Part shown: positions 1 to 12,900 of the stretch, one piece after another
Layout of the letters: every line of letters starts with the position of its first letter
How positions within the stretch are numbered: the stretch's first letter is position 1
Source: Auanema rhodensis
Taxonomy: Eukaryota > Animalia > Nematoda
Assembly: GCA_964057225.1 (NCBI GenBank)
Contig: OZ059895.1
Coordinates: 6,820,001-6,884,000, forward strand
DNA: 64,000 nucleotides
Reading direction: 5' to 3'
Notes under the pieces: model-generated
What the model was told of the DNA's origin: nothing
The model's input: only the letters and a program-made list of their open reading frames with translations
The model's database searches: none
Translations under genes and position numbers: made by a program

Positions 1-926
1 GTGAGCTTTCCAAAATTTAGTTCAACATCAGGTGTAACCGTTGTTGAATTATCAAAATACCTCAAACTTGGGTAATTAAACCAAAGATGAAGATGAATAC
101 CTCAAGGCAAATGGCACGTGCACCGTATTCTTCTTCAGAAAAACATTCAAAACTCTAGGCTGAGATTGTCTGAACAATAAACATTTCCGATCAAGAGATA
201 GACAAGCTTCAGAATCTTCAGAAAGATGGAATATCAATGTTGCTCACATATAGTGAGCTTTCCAAAATTTAGTTCAACATCAGGTGTAACCGTTGTTGAA
301 TTATCAAAATACCTCAAACTTGGGTAATTAAACCAAAGATGAAGATGAATACCTCAAGGCAAATGGCACGTGCACCGTATTCTTCTTCAGAAAAAACATT
401 CAAAACTCTAGACTGAGATTGTCTGAACAATAAACATTTCCGATCAAGAGATAGACAAGCTTCAGAATCTTCAGAAAGATGGAATATCAATGTTGCTCAC
501 ATATAGTGAGCTTTCCAAAATTTAGTTCAACATCAGGTGTAACCCTTGTTGAATCATCAAAGTACCTCAAACTTGGGTAATTAAACCAAAGATGAAGATG
601 AATACCTCAAGGCAAATGGCACGTGCACCGTATTCTTCTTCAGAAAAACATTCAAAACTCTAGGCTGAGATTGTCTGAACAATAAACATTTCCGATCAAG
701 AGATAGACAAGCTTCAGAATCTTCAGAAAGATGGAATATCAATGTTGCTCACATATAGTGAGCTTTCCAAAATTTAGTTCAACATCAGGTGTAACCCTTG
801 TTGAATCATCAAAGTACCTCAAACTTGGGTAATTAAACCAAAGATGAAGATGAATACCTCAAGGCAAATGGCACGTGCACCGTATTCTTCTTCAGAAAAA
901 CATTCAAAACTCTAGGCTGAGATTGT
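1..926. repeat. 252-bp satellite, opposite orientation to the main arrays (about 3.7 units, runs off the window)
   Basis: GTGAGCTTTCC recurs at 1 and 253; the sequence is the reverse complement of the unit at 963 onward. Confidence 0.97.
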
Positions 927-962
927 TTTTGTTTTTCGGAAATGTTTATTGTTCAGACAATC

Positions 963-3900
963 AGTTTGAGGTACTTTGATGATTCAACAAGGATTACACC
1001 TGATGTTGAACTAAATTTTGGAAAGCTCACTATATGTGAGCAACATTGATATTCCATTTTTCTGCAGATTCTGAAGCTTGTCTATCTCTTGATCGGAAAT
1101 GTTTATTGTTCAGACAATCTCAACCTAGAGTTTTGAATGTTTTTCTGAAGAAGAATACGGTGCACGTGCCATTTGCCTTCAGGTATTCATCTTCATCTTT
1201 GGTTTAATTACCCAAGTTTGAGGTACTTTGATGATTCAACAAGGGTTACACCTGATGTTGAACTAAATTTTGGAAAGCTCACTATATGTGAGCAACATTG
1301 ATATTTCATCTTTCTGAAGATTCTGAAGCTTGTCTATCTCTTGATCGGAAATGTTTATTGTCCAGACAATCTCAGCCTAGAGTTTTGAATGTTTTTCTGA
1401 AGAAGAATACGGTGCACGTGCCATTTGCCTTGAGGTATTCATCTTCATCTTTGGTTTAATTACCCAAGTTTGAGGTACTTTGATGATTCAACAAGGGTTA
1501 CACCTGATGTTGAACTAAATTTTGGAAAGCTCACTATATGTGAGCAACATTGATATTCCATCTTTCTGAAGATTCTGAAGCTTGTCTATCTCTTGATCGG
1601 AAATGTTTATTGTTCAGACAATCTCAGCCTAGAGTTTTGAATGTTTTTCTGAAGAAGAATACGGTGCACGTGCCATTTGCCTTGAGGTATTCATCTTCAT
1701 CTTTGGTTTAATTACCCAAGTTTGAGGTACTTTGATGATTCAACAACGGTTACACCTGATGTTGAACTAAATTTTGGAAAGCTCACTATATGTGAGCAAC
1801 ATTGATATTCCATTTTTCTGCAGATTCTGAAGCTTGTCTATCTCTTGATCGGAAATGTTTATTGTTCAGACAATCTCAACCTAGAGTTTTGAATGTTTTT
1901 CTGAAGAAGAATACGGTGCACGTGCCATTTGCCTTGAGGTATTCATCTTCATCTTTGGTTTAATTACCCAAGTTTGAGGTACTTTGATGATTCAACAAGG
2001 GTTACACCTGATGTTGAACTAAATTTTGGAAAGCTCACTATATGTGAGCAACATTGATATTTCATCTTTCTGAAGATTCTGAAGCTTGTCTATCTCTTGA
2101 TCGGAAATGTTTATTGTTCAGACAATCTCAGCCTAGAGTTTTGAATGTTTTTCTGAAGAAGAATACGGTGCACGTGCCATTTGCCTTGAGGTATTCATCT
2201 TCATCTTTGGTTTAATTACCCAAGTTTGAGGTACTTTGATGATTCAACAAGGGTTACACCTGATGTTGAACTAAATTTTGGAAAGCTCACTATATGTGAG
2301 CAACATTGATATTCCATCTTTCTGAAGATTCTGAAGCTTGTCTATCTCTTGATCGGAAATGTTTATTGTTCAGACAATCTCAGCCTAGAGTTTTGAATGT
2401 TTTTCTGAAGAAGAATACGGTGCACGTGCCATTTGCCTTGAGGTATTCATCTTCATCTTTGGTTTAATTACCCAAGTTTGAGGTACTTTGATGATTCAAC
2501 AACGGTTACACCTGATGTTGAACTAAATTTTGGAAAGCTCACTATATGTGAGCAACATTGATATTCCATCTTTCTGAAGATTCTGAAGCTTGTCTATCTC
2601 TTGATCGGAAATGTTTATTGTTCAGACAATCTCAGCCTAGAGTTTTGAATGTTTTTCTGAAGAAGAATACGGTGCACGTGCCATTTGCCTTGAGGTATTC
2701 ATCTTCATCTTTGGTTTAATTACCCAAGTTTGAGGTACTTTGATGATTCAACAAGGATTACACCTGATGTTGAACTAAATTTTGGAAAGCTCACTATATG
2801 TGAGCAACATTGATATTCCATCTTTCTGAAGATTCTGAAGCTTGTCTATCTCTTGATCGGAAATGTTTATTGTTCAGACAATCTCAGCCTAGAGTTTTGA
2901 ATGTTTTTCTGAAGAAGAATACGGTGCACGTGCCATTTGCCTTGAGGTATTCATCTTCATCTTTGGTTTAATTACCCAAGTTTGAGGTACTTTGATGATT
3001 CAACAAGGATTACACCTGATGTTGAACTAAATTTTGGAAAGCTCACTATATGTGAGCAACATTGATATTTCATCTTTCTGAAGATTCTGAAGCTTGTCTA
3101 TCTCTTGAATGGAAACGTTTATTGTTCAGACAATCTCAGCCTAGAGTTTTGAATGTTTTTCTGAAGAAGAATACGGTGCACGTGCCATTTGCCTTGGGGT
3201 ATTCATCTTCATCTTTGGTTTAATTACCCAAGTTTGAGGTACTTTGATGATTCAACAACGGTTACACCTGATGTTGAACTAAATTTTGGAAAGCTCACTA
3301 TATGTGAGCAACATTGATATTTCATCTTTCTGAAGATTCTGAAGCTTGTCTATCTCTTGATCGGAAATGTTTATTGTTCAGACAATCTCAGCCTAGAGTT
3401 TTGAATGTTTTTCTGAAGAAGAATACGGTGCACGTGCCATTTGCCTTGAGGTATTCATCTTCATCTTTGGTTTAATTACCCAAGTTTGAGGTACTTTGAT
3501 GATTCAACAAGGATTACACCTGATGTTGAACTAAATTTTGGAAAGCTCACTATATGTGAGCAACATTGATATTTCATCTTTCTGAAGATTCTGAAGCTTG
3601 TCTATCTCTTGAATGGAAACGTTTATTGTTCAGACAATCTCAGCCTAGAGTTTTGAATGTTTTTCTGAAGAAGAATACGGTGCACGTGCCATTTGCCTTG
3701 AGGTATTCATCTTCATCTTTGGTTTAATTACCCAAGTTTGAGGTACTTTGATGATTCAACAAGGGTTACACCTGATGTTGAACTAAATTTTGGAAAGCTC
3801 ACTATATGTGAGCAACATTGATATTCCATCTTTCTGAAGATTCTGAAGCTTGTCTATCTCTTGATCGGAAATGTTTATTGTTCAGACAATCTCAGCCTAG

Positions 3901-6900
3901 AGTTTTGAATGTTTTTCTGAAGAAGAATACGGTGCACGTGCCATTTGCCTTGAGGTTTTCATCTTCATCTTTGGTTTAATTACCCAAGTTTGAGGTACTT
4001 TGATGATTCAACAACGGTTACACCTGATGTTGAACTAAATTTTGGAAAGCTCACTATATGTGAGCAACATTGATATTCCATCTTTCTGAAGATTCTGAAG
4101 CTTGTCTATCTCTTGAATGGAAACGTTTATTGTTCGGACAATCTCAGCCTAGAGTTTTGAATGTTTTTCTGAAGAAGAATACGGTGCACGTGCCATTTGC
4201 CTTGAGGTATTCATCTTCATCTTTGGTTTAATTACCCAAGTTTGAGGTACTTTGATGATTCAACAAGGGTTACACCTGATGTTGAACTAAATTTTGGAAA
4301 GCTCACTATATGTGAGCAACATTGATGTTCCATCTTTCTGAAGATTCTGAAGCTTGTCTATCTCTTGATCGGAAATGTTTATTGTTCAGACAATCTCAGC
4401 CTAGAGTTTTGAATGTTTTTCTGAAGAAGAATACGGTGCACGTGCCATTTGCCTTGAGGTATTCATCTTCATCTTTGGTTTAATTACCCAAGTTTGAGGT
4501 ACTTTGATGATTCAACAAGGATTACACCTGATGTTGAACTAAATTTTGGAAAGCTCACTATATGTGAGCAACATTGATATTCCATCTTTCTGAAGATTCT
4601 GAAGCTTGTCTATCTCTTGAATGGAAACGTTTATTGTTCGGACAATCTCAGCCTAGAGTTTTGAATGTTTTTCTGAAGAAGAATACGGTGCACGTGCCAT
4701 TTGCCTTGAGGTATTCATCTTCATCTTTGGTTTAATTACCCAAGTTTGAGGTACTTTGATGATTCAACAAGGGTTACACCTGATGTTGAACTAAATTTTG
4801 GAAAGCTCACTATATGTGAGCAACATTGATATTCCATCTTTCTGAAGATTCTGAAGCTTGTCTATCTCTTGAATGGAAACGTTTATTGTTCGGACAATCT
4901 CAGCCTAGAGTTTTGAATGTTTTTCTGAAGAAGAATACGGTGCACGTGCCATTTGCCTTGAGGTATTCATCTTCATCTTTGGTTTAATTACCCAAGTTTG
5001 AGGTACTTTGATGATTCAACAAGGATTACACCTGATGTTGAACTAAATTTTGGAAAGCTCACTATATGTGAGCAACATTGATATTTCATCTTTCTGAAGA
5101 TTCTGAAGCTTGTCTATCTCTTGAATGGAAACGTTTATTGTTCAGACAATCTCAGCCTAGAGTTTTGAATGTTTTTCTGAAGAAGAATACGGTGCACGTG
5201 CCATTTGCCTTGAGGTATTCATCTTCATCTTTGGTTTAATTACCCAAGTTTGAGGTACTTTGATGATTCAACAAGGGTTACACCTGATGTTGAACTAAAT
5301 TTTGGAAAGCTCACTATATGTGAGCAACATTGATATTCCATCTTTCTGAAGATTCTGAAGCTTGTCTATCTCTTGATCGGAAATGTTTATTGTTCAGACA
5401 ATCTCAGCCTAGAGTTTTGAATGTTTTTCTGAAGAAGAATACGGTGCACGTGCCATTTGCCTTGAGGTTTTCATCTTCATCTTTGGTTTAATTACCCAAG
5501 TTTGAGGTACTTTGATGATTCAACAACGGTTACACCTGATGTTGAACTAAATTTTGGAAAGCTCACTATATGTGAGCAACATTGATATTCCATCTTTCTG
5601 AAGATTCTGAAGCTTGTCTATCTCTTGAATGGAAACGTTTATTGTTCGGACAATCTCAGCCTAGAGTTTTGAATGTTTTTCTGAAGAAGAATACGGTGCA
5701 CGTGCCATTTGCCTTGAGGTATTCATCTTCATCTTTGGTTTAATTACCCAAGTTTGAGGTACTTTGATGATTCAACAAGGGTTACACCTGATGTTGAACT
5801 AAATTTTGGAAAGCTCACTATATGTGAGCAACATTGATGTTCCATCTTTCTGAAGATTCTGAAGCTTGTCTATCTCTTGATCGGAAATGTTTATTGTTCA
5901 GACAATCTCAGCCTAGAGTTTTGAATGTTTTTCTGAAGAAGAATACGGTGCACGTGCCATTTGCCTTGAGGTATTCATCTTCATCTTTGGTTTAATTACC
6001 CAAGTTTGAGGTATTTTGATAATTCAACAACGGTTACACCTGATGTTGAACTAAATTTTGGAAAGCTCACTATATGTGAGCAACATTGATATTCCATTTT
6101 TCTGAAGATTCTGAAGCTTGTCTATCTCTTGATCGGAAATGTTTATTGTTCAGACAATCTCAGCCTAGAGTTTTGAATGTTTTTCTGAAGAAGAATACGG
6201 TGCACGTGCCATTTGCCTTGAGGTATTCATCTTCATCTTTGGTTTAATTACCCAAGTTTGAGGTACTTTGATGATTCAACAAGGGTTACACCTGATGTTG
6301 AACTAAATTTTGGAAAGCTCACTATATGTGAGCAACATTGATATTTCATCTCTCTGAACATTCGGAAGCTTGTCTATCTCTTGACCGGAAATGGTTATTG
6401 TTCAGACAATCTCAGTCTAGAGTTTTGAATGTTCTTCTGAACAGGAATACGGTGCACGTGCCATTTGCCTTGGGGTATTCAACTTCATCTTTGGTTTAAT
6501 TACCCAAGTTTGAGGTACTTTGATGATTCAACAAGGGTTACACCTGATGTTGAACTAAATTTTGGAAAGCTCACGATATGTGAGCAACTTTGATATTTCA
6601 TCTTTCTGAAGATTCTGAAGCTTGTCTATCTCTTGATCGGAAATGTTTATTGTTCAGACAATCTCAGCCTAGAGTTTTGAATGTTTTTCTGAAGAAGAAT
6701 ACGGTGCACGTGCCATTTGCCTTGAGGTATTCATCTTCATCTTTGGTTTAATTACCCAAGTTTGAGGTACTTTGATGATTCAACAAGGATTACACCTGAT
6801 GTTGAACTAAATTTTGGAAAGCTCACTATATGTGAGCAACATTGATATTTCATCTTTCTGAAGATTCTGAAGCTTGTCTATCTCTTGATCGGAAATGTTT

Positions 6901-9900
6901 ATTGTTCAGACAATCTCAGCCTAGAGTTTTGAATGTTTTTCTGAAGAAGAATACGGTGCACGTGCCATTTGCCTTGGGGTATTCAACTTCATCTTTGGTT
7001 TAATTACCCAAGTTTGAGGTACTTTGATGATTCAACAAGGGTTACACCTGATGTTGAACTAAATTTTGGAAAGCTCACGATATGTGAGCAACTTTGATAT
7101 TTCATCTTTCTGAAGATTCTGAAGCTTGTCTATCTCTTGAATGGAAATGTTTATTGTTCAGACAATCTCAGCCTAGAGTTTTGAATGTTTTTCTGAAGAA
7201 GAATACGGTGCACGTGCCATTTGCCTTGAGGTATTCATCTTCATCTTTGGTTTAATTACCCAAGTTTGAGGTACTTTGATGATTCAACAACGGTTACACC
7301 TGATGTTGAACTAAATTTTGGAAAGCTCACTATATGTGAGCAACATTGATATTCCATCTTTCTGAAGATTCTGAAGCTTGTCTATCTCTTGAATGGAAAC
7401 GTTTATTGTTCGGACAATCTCAGCCTAGAGTTTTGAATGTTTTTCTGAAGAAGAATACGGTGCACGTGCCATTTGCCTTGAGGTATTCATCTTCATCTTT
7501 GGTTTAATTACCCAAGTTTGAGGTACTTTGATGATTCAACAAGGGTTACACCTGATGTTGAACTAAATTTTGGAAAGCTCACTATATGTGAGCAACATTG
7601 ATGTTCCATCTTTCTGAAGATTCTGAAGCTTGTCTATCTCTTGATCGGAAATGTTTATTGTTCAGACAATCTCAGCCTAGAGTTTTGAATGTTTTTCTGA
7701 AGAAGAATACGGTGCACGTGCCATTTGCCTTGAGGTATTCATCTTCATCTTTGGTTTAATTACCCAAGTTTGAGGTATTTTGATAATTCAACAACGGTTA
7801 CACCTGATGTTGAACTAAATTTTGGAAAGCTCACTATATGTGAGCAACATTGATATTCCATTTTTCTGAAGATTCTGAAGCTTGTCTATCTCTTGATCGG
7901 AAATGTTTATTGTTCAGACAATCTCAGCCTAGAGTTTTGAATGTTTTTCTGAAGAAGAATACGGTGCACGTGCCATTTGCCTTGAGGTATTCATCTTCAT
8001 CTTTGGTTTAATTACCCAAGTTTGAGGTACTTTGATGATTCAACAAGGGTTACACCTGATGTTGAACTAAATTTTGGAAAGCTCACTATATGTGAGCAAC
8101 ATTGATATTTCATCTCTCTGAACATTCGGAAGCTTGTCTATCTCTTGACCGGAAATGGTTATTGTTCAGACAATCTCAGTCTAGAGTTTTGAATGTTCTT
8201 CTGAACAGGAATACGGTGCACGTGCCATTTGCCTTGGGGTATTCAACTTCATCTTTGGTTTAATTACCCAAGTTTGAGGTACTTTGATGATTCAACAAGG
8301 GTTACACCTGATGTTGAACTAAATTTTGGAAAGCTCACGATATGTGAGCAACTTTGATATTTCATCTTTCTGAAGATTCTGAAGCTTGTCTATCTCTTGA
8401 TCGGAAATGTTTATTGTTCAGACAATCTCAGCCTAGAGTTTTGAATGTTTTTCTGAAGAAGAATACGGTGCACGTGCCATTTGCCTTGAGGTATTCATCT
8501 TCATCTTTGGTTTAATTACCCAAGTTTGAGGTACTTTGATGATTCAACAAGGATTACACCTGATGTTGAACTAAATTTTGGAAAGCTCACTATATGTGAG
8601 CAACATTGATATTTCATCTTTCTGAAGATTCTGAAGCTTGTCTATCTCTTGATCGGAAATGTTTATTGTTCAGACAATCTCAGCCTAGAGTTTTGAATGT
8701 TTTTCTGAAGAAGAATACGGTGCACGTGCCATTTGCCTTGGGGTATTCAACTTCATCTTTGGTTTAATTACCCAAGTTTGAGGTACTTTGATGATTCAAC
8801 AAGGGTTACACCTGATGTTGAACTAAATTTTGGAAAGCTCACGATATGTGAGCAACTTTGATATTTCATCTTTCTGAAGATTCTGAAGCTTGTCTATCTC
8901 TTGAATGGAAATGTTTATTGTTCAGACAATCTCAGCCTAGAGTTTTGAATGTTTTTCTGAAGAAGAATACGGTGCACGTGCCATTTGCCTTGAGGTATTC
9001 ATCTTCATCTTTGGTTTAATTACCCAAGTTTGAGGTACTTTGATGATTCAACAAGGGTTACACCTGATGTTGAACTAAATTTTGGAAAGCTCACTATATG
9101 TGAGCAACATTGATATTTCATCTTTCTGAAGATTCTGAAGCTTGTCTATCTCTTGAATGGAAATGTTTATTGTTCAGACAATCTCAGCCTAGAGTTTTGA
9201 ATGTTTTTCTGAAGAAGAATACGGTGCACGTGCCATTTGCCTTGAGGTATTCATCTTCATCTTTGGTTTAATTACCCAAGTTTGAGGTACTTTGATGATT
9301 CAACAAGGGTTACACCTGATGTTGAACTAAATTTTGGAAAGCTCACTATATGTGAGCAACATTGATATTTCATCTTTCTGAAGATTCTGAAGCTTGTCTA
9401 TCTCTTGAATGGAAACGTTTATTGTTCGGACAATCTCAGCCTAGAGTTTTGAATGTTTTTCTGAAGAAGAATACGGTGCACGTGCCATTTGCCTTGAGGT
9501 ATTCATCTTCATCTTTGGTTTAATTACCCAAGTTTGAGGTACTTTGATGATTCAACAAGGATTACACCTGATGTTGAACTAAATTTTGGAAAACTCACTA
9601 TATGTGAGCAACATTGATATTTCATCTTTCTGAAGATTCTGAAGCTTGTCTATCTCTTGATCGGAAATGTTTATTGTTCAGACAATCTCAGCCTAGAGTT
9701 TTGAATGTTTTTCTGAAGAAGAATACGGTGCACGTGCCATTTGCCTTGAGGTTTTCATCTTCATCTTTGGTTTAATTACCCAAGTTTGAGGTACTTTGAT
9801 GATTCAACAACGGTTACACCTGATGTTGAACTAAATTTTGGAAAGCTCACTATATGTGAGCAACATTGATATTTCATCTTTCTGAAGATTCTGAAGCTTG

Positions 9901-12900
9901 TCTATCTCTTGATCGGAAATGTTTATTGTTCAGACAATCTCAGCCTAGAGTTTTGAATGTTTTTCTGAAGAAGAATACGGTGCACGTGCCATTTGCCTTG
10001 AGGTATTCATCTTCATCTTTGGTTTAATTACCCAAGTTTGAGGTACTTTGATGATTCAACAACGGTTACACCTGATGTTGAACTAAATTTTGGAAAGCTC
10101 ACTATATGTGAGCAACATTGATATTTCATCTTTCTGAAGATTCTGAAGCTTGTCTATCTCTTGAATGGAAACGTTTATTGTTCGGACAATCTCAGCCTAG
10201 AGTTTTGAATGTTTTTCTGAAGAAGAATACGGTGCACGTGCCTATTGCCTTGAGGTATTCATCTTCATCTTTGGTTTAATTACCCAAGTTTGAGGTACTT
10301 TGATGATTCAACAAGGATTACACCTGATGTTGAACTAAATTTTGGAAAGCTCACTATATGTGAGCAACATTGATATTCCATTTTTCTGAAGATTCTGAAG
10401 CTTGTCTATCTCTTGATCGGAAATGTTTATTGTTCAGACAATCTCAGCCTAGAGTTTTGAATGTTTTTCTGAAGAAGAATACGGTGCACGTGCCATTTGC
10501 CTTGAGGTATTCATCTTCATCTTTGGTTTAATTACCCAAATTTGAGGTACTTTGATGATTCAACAAGGGTTACACCTGATGTTGAACTAAATTTTGGAAA
10601 GCTCACTATATGTGAGCAACATTGATATTTCATCTCTCTGAACATTCGGAAGCTTGTCTATCTCTTGACCGGAAATGGTTATTGTTCAGACAATCTCAGT
10701 CTAGAGTTTTGAATGTTCTTCTGAACAGGAATATGGTGCACGTGCCATTTGCCTTGGGGTATTCAACTTCATCTTTGGTTTAATTACCCAAGTTTGAGGT
10801 ACTTTGATGATTCAACAAGGGTTACACCTGATGTTGAACTAAATTTTGGAAAGCTCACTATATGTGAGCAACATTGATATTTCATCTTTCTGAAGATTCT
10901 GAAGCTTGTCTATCTCTTGAATGGAAACGTTTATTGTTCGGACAATCTCAGCCTAGAGTTTTGAATGTTTTTCTGAAGAAGAATACGGTGCACGTGCCAT
11001 TTGCCTTGAGGTATTCATCTTCATCTTTGGTTTAATTACCCAAGTTTGAGGTACTTTGATGATTCAACAAGGATTACACCTGATGTTGAACTAAATTTTG
11101 GAAAGCTCACTATATGTGAGCAACATTGATATTCCATCTTTCTGAAGATTCTGAAGCTTGTCTATCTCTTGAATGGAAACGTTTATTGTTCGGACAATCT
11201 CAGCCTAGAGTTTTGAATGTTTTTCTGAAGAAGAATACGGTGCACGTGCCATTTGCCTTGAGGTATTCATCTTCATCTTTGGTTTAATTACCCAAGTTTG
11301 AGGTACTTTGATGATTCAACAAGGATTACACCTGATGTTGAACTAAATTTTGGAAAGCTCACTATATGTGAGCAACATTGATATTCCATTTTTCTGAAGA
11401 TTCTGAAGCTTGTCTATCTCTTGATCGGAAATGTTTATTGTTCAGACAATCTCAGCCTAGAGTTTTGAATGTTTTTCTGAAGAAGAATACGGTGCACGTG
11501 CCATTTGCCTTGAGGTATTCATCTTCATCTTTGGTTTAATTACCCAAGTTTGAGGTACTTTGATGATTCAACAAGGGTTACACCTGATGTTGAACTAAAT
11601 TTTGGAAAGCTCACTATATGTGAGCAACATTGATATTTCATCTCTCTGAACATTCGGAAGCTTGTCTATCTCTTGACCGGAAATGGTTATTGTTCAGACA
11701 ATCTCAGTCTAGAGTTTTGAATGTTCTTCTGAACAGGAATACGGTGCACGTGCCATTTGCCTTGGGGTATTCAACTTCATCTTTGGTTTAATTACCCAAG
11801 TTTGAGGTACTTTGATGATTCAACAAGGGTTACACCTGATGTTGAACTAAATTTTGGAAAGCTCACGATATGTGAGCAACTTTGATATTTCATCTTTCTG
11901 AAGATTCTGAAGCTTGTCTATCTCTTGATCGGAAATGTTTATTGTTCAGACAATCTCAGCCTAGAGTTTTGAATGTTTTTCTGAAGAAGAATACGGTGCA
12001 CGTGCCATTTGCCTTGAGGTATTCATCTTCATCTTTGGTTTAATTACCCAAGTTTGAGGTACTTTGATGATTCAACAAGGATTACACCTGATGTTGAACT
12101 AAATTTTGGAAAGCTCACTATATGTGAGCAACATTGATATTCCATCTTTCTGAAGATTCTGAAGCTTGTCTATCTCTTGATCGGAAATGTTTATTGTTCA
12201 GACAATCTCAGTCTAGAGTTTTGAATGTTCTTCTGAACAGGAATACGGTGCACGTGCCATTTGCCTTGAGGTATTCATCTTCATCTTTGGTTTAGTTACC
12301 CAAGTTTAAGGTACTTTGATGATTCAACAAGGGTTACACCTGATGTTGAACTAAATTTTGGAAAGCTCACTATATGTGAGCAACATTGATATTCCATTTT
12401 TCTGAAGATTCTGAAGCTTGTCTATCTCTTGATCGGAAATGTTTATTGTTCAGACAATCTCAGCCTAGAGTTTTGAATGTTTTTCTGAAGAAGAATACGG
12501 TGCACGTGCCATTTGCCTTGAGGTATTCATCTTCATCTTTGGTTTAATTACCCAAATTTGAGGTACTTTGATGATTCAACAAGGGTTACACCTGATGTTG
12601 AACTAAATTTTGGAAAGCTCACTATATGTGAGCAACATTGATATTTCATCTTTCTGAAGATTCTGAAGCTTGTCTATCTCTTGAATGGAAACGTTTATTG
12701 TTCGGACAATCTCAGCCTAGAGTTTTGAATGTTTTTCTGAAGAAGAATACGGTGCACGTGCCATTTGCCTTGAGGTATTCATCTTCATCTTTGGTTTAGT
12801 TACCCAAGTTTAAGGTACTTTGATGATTCAACAAGGGTTACACCTGATGTTGAACTAAATTTTGGAAAGCTCACTATATGTGAGCAACATTGATATTTCA

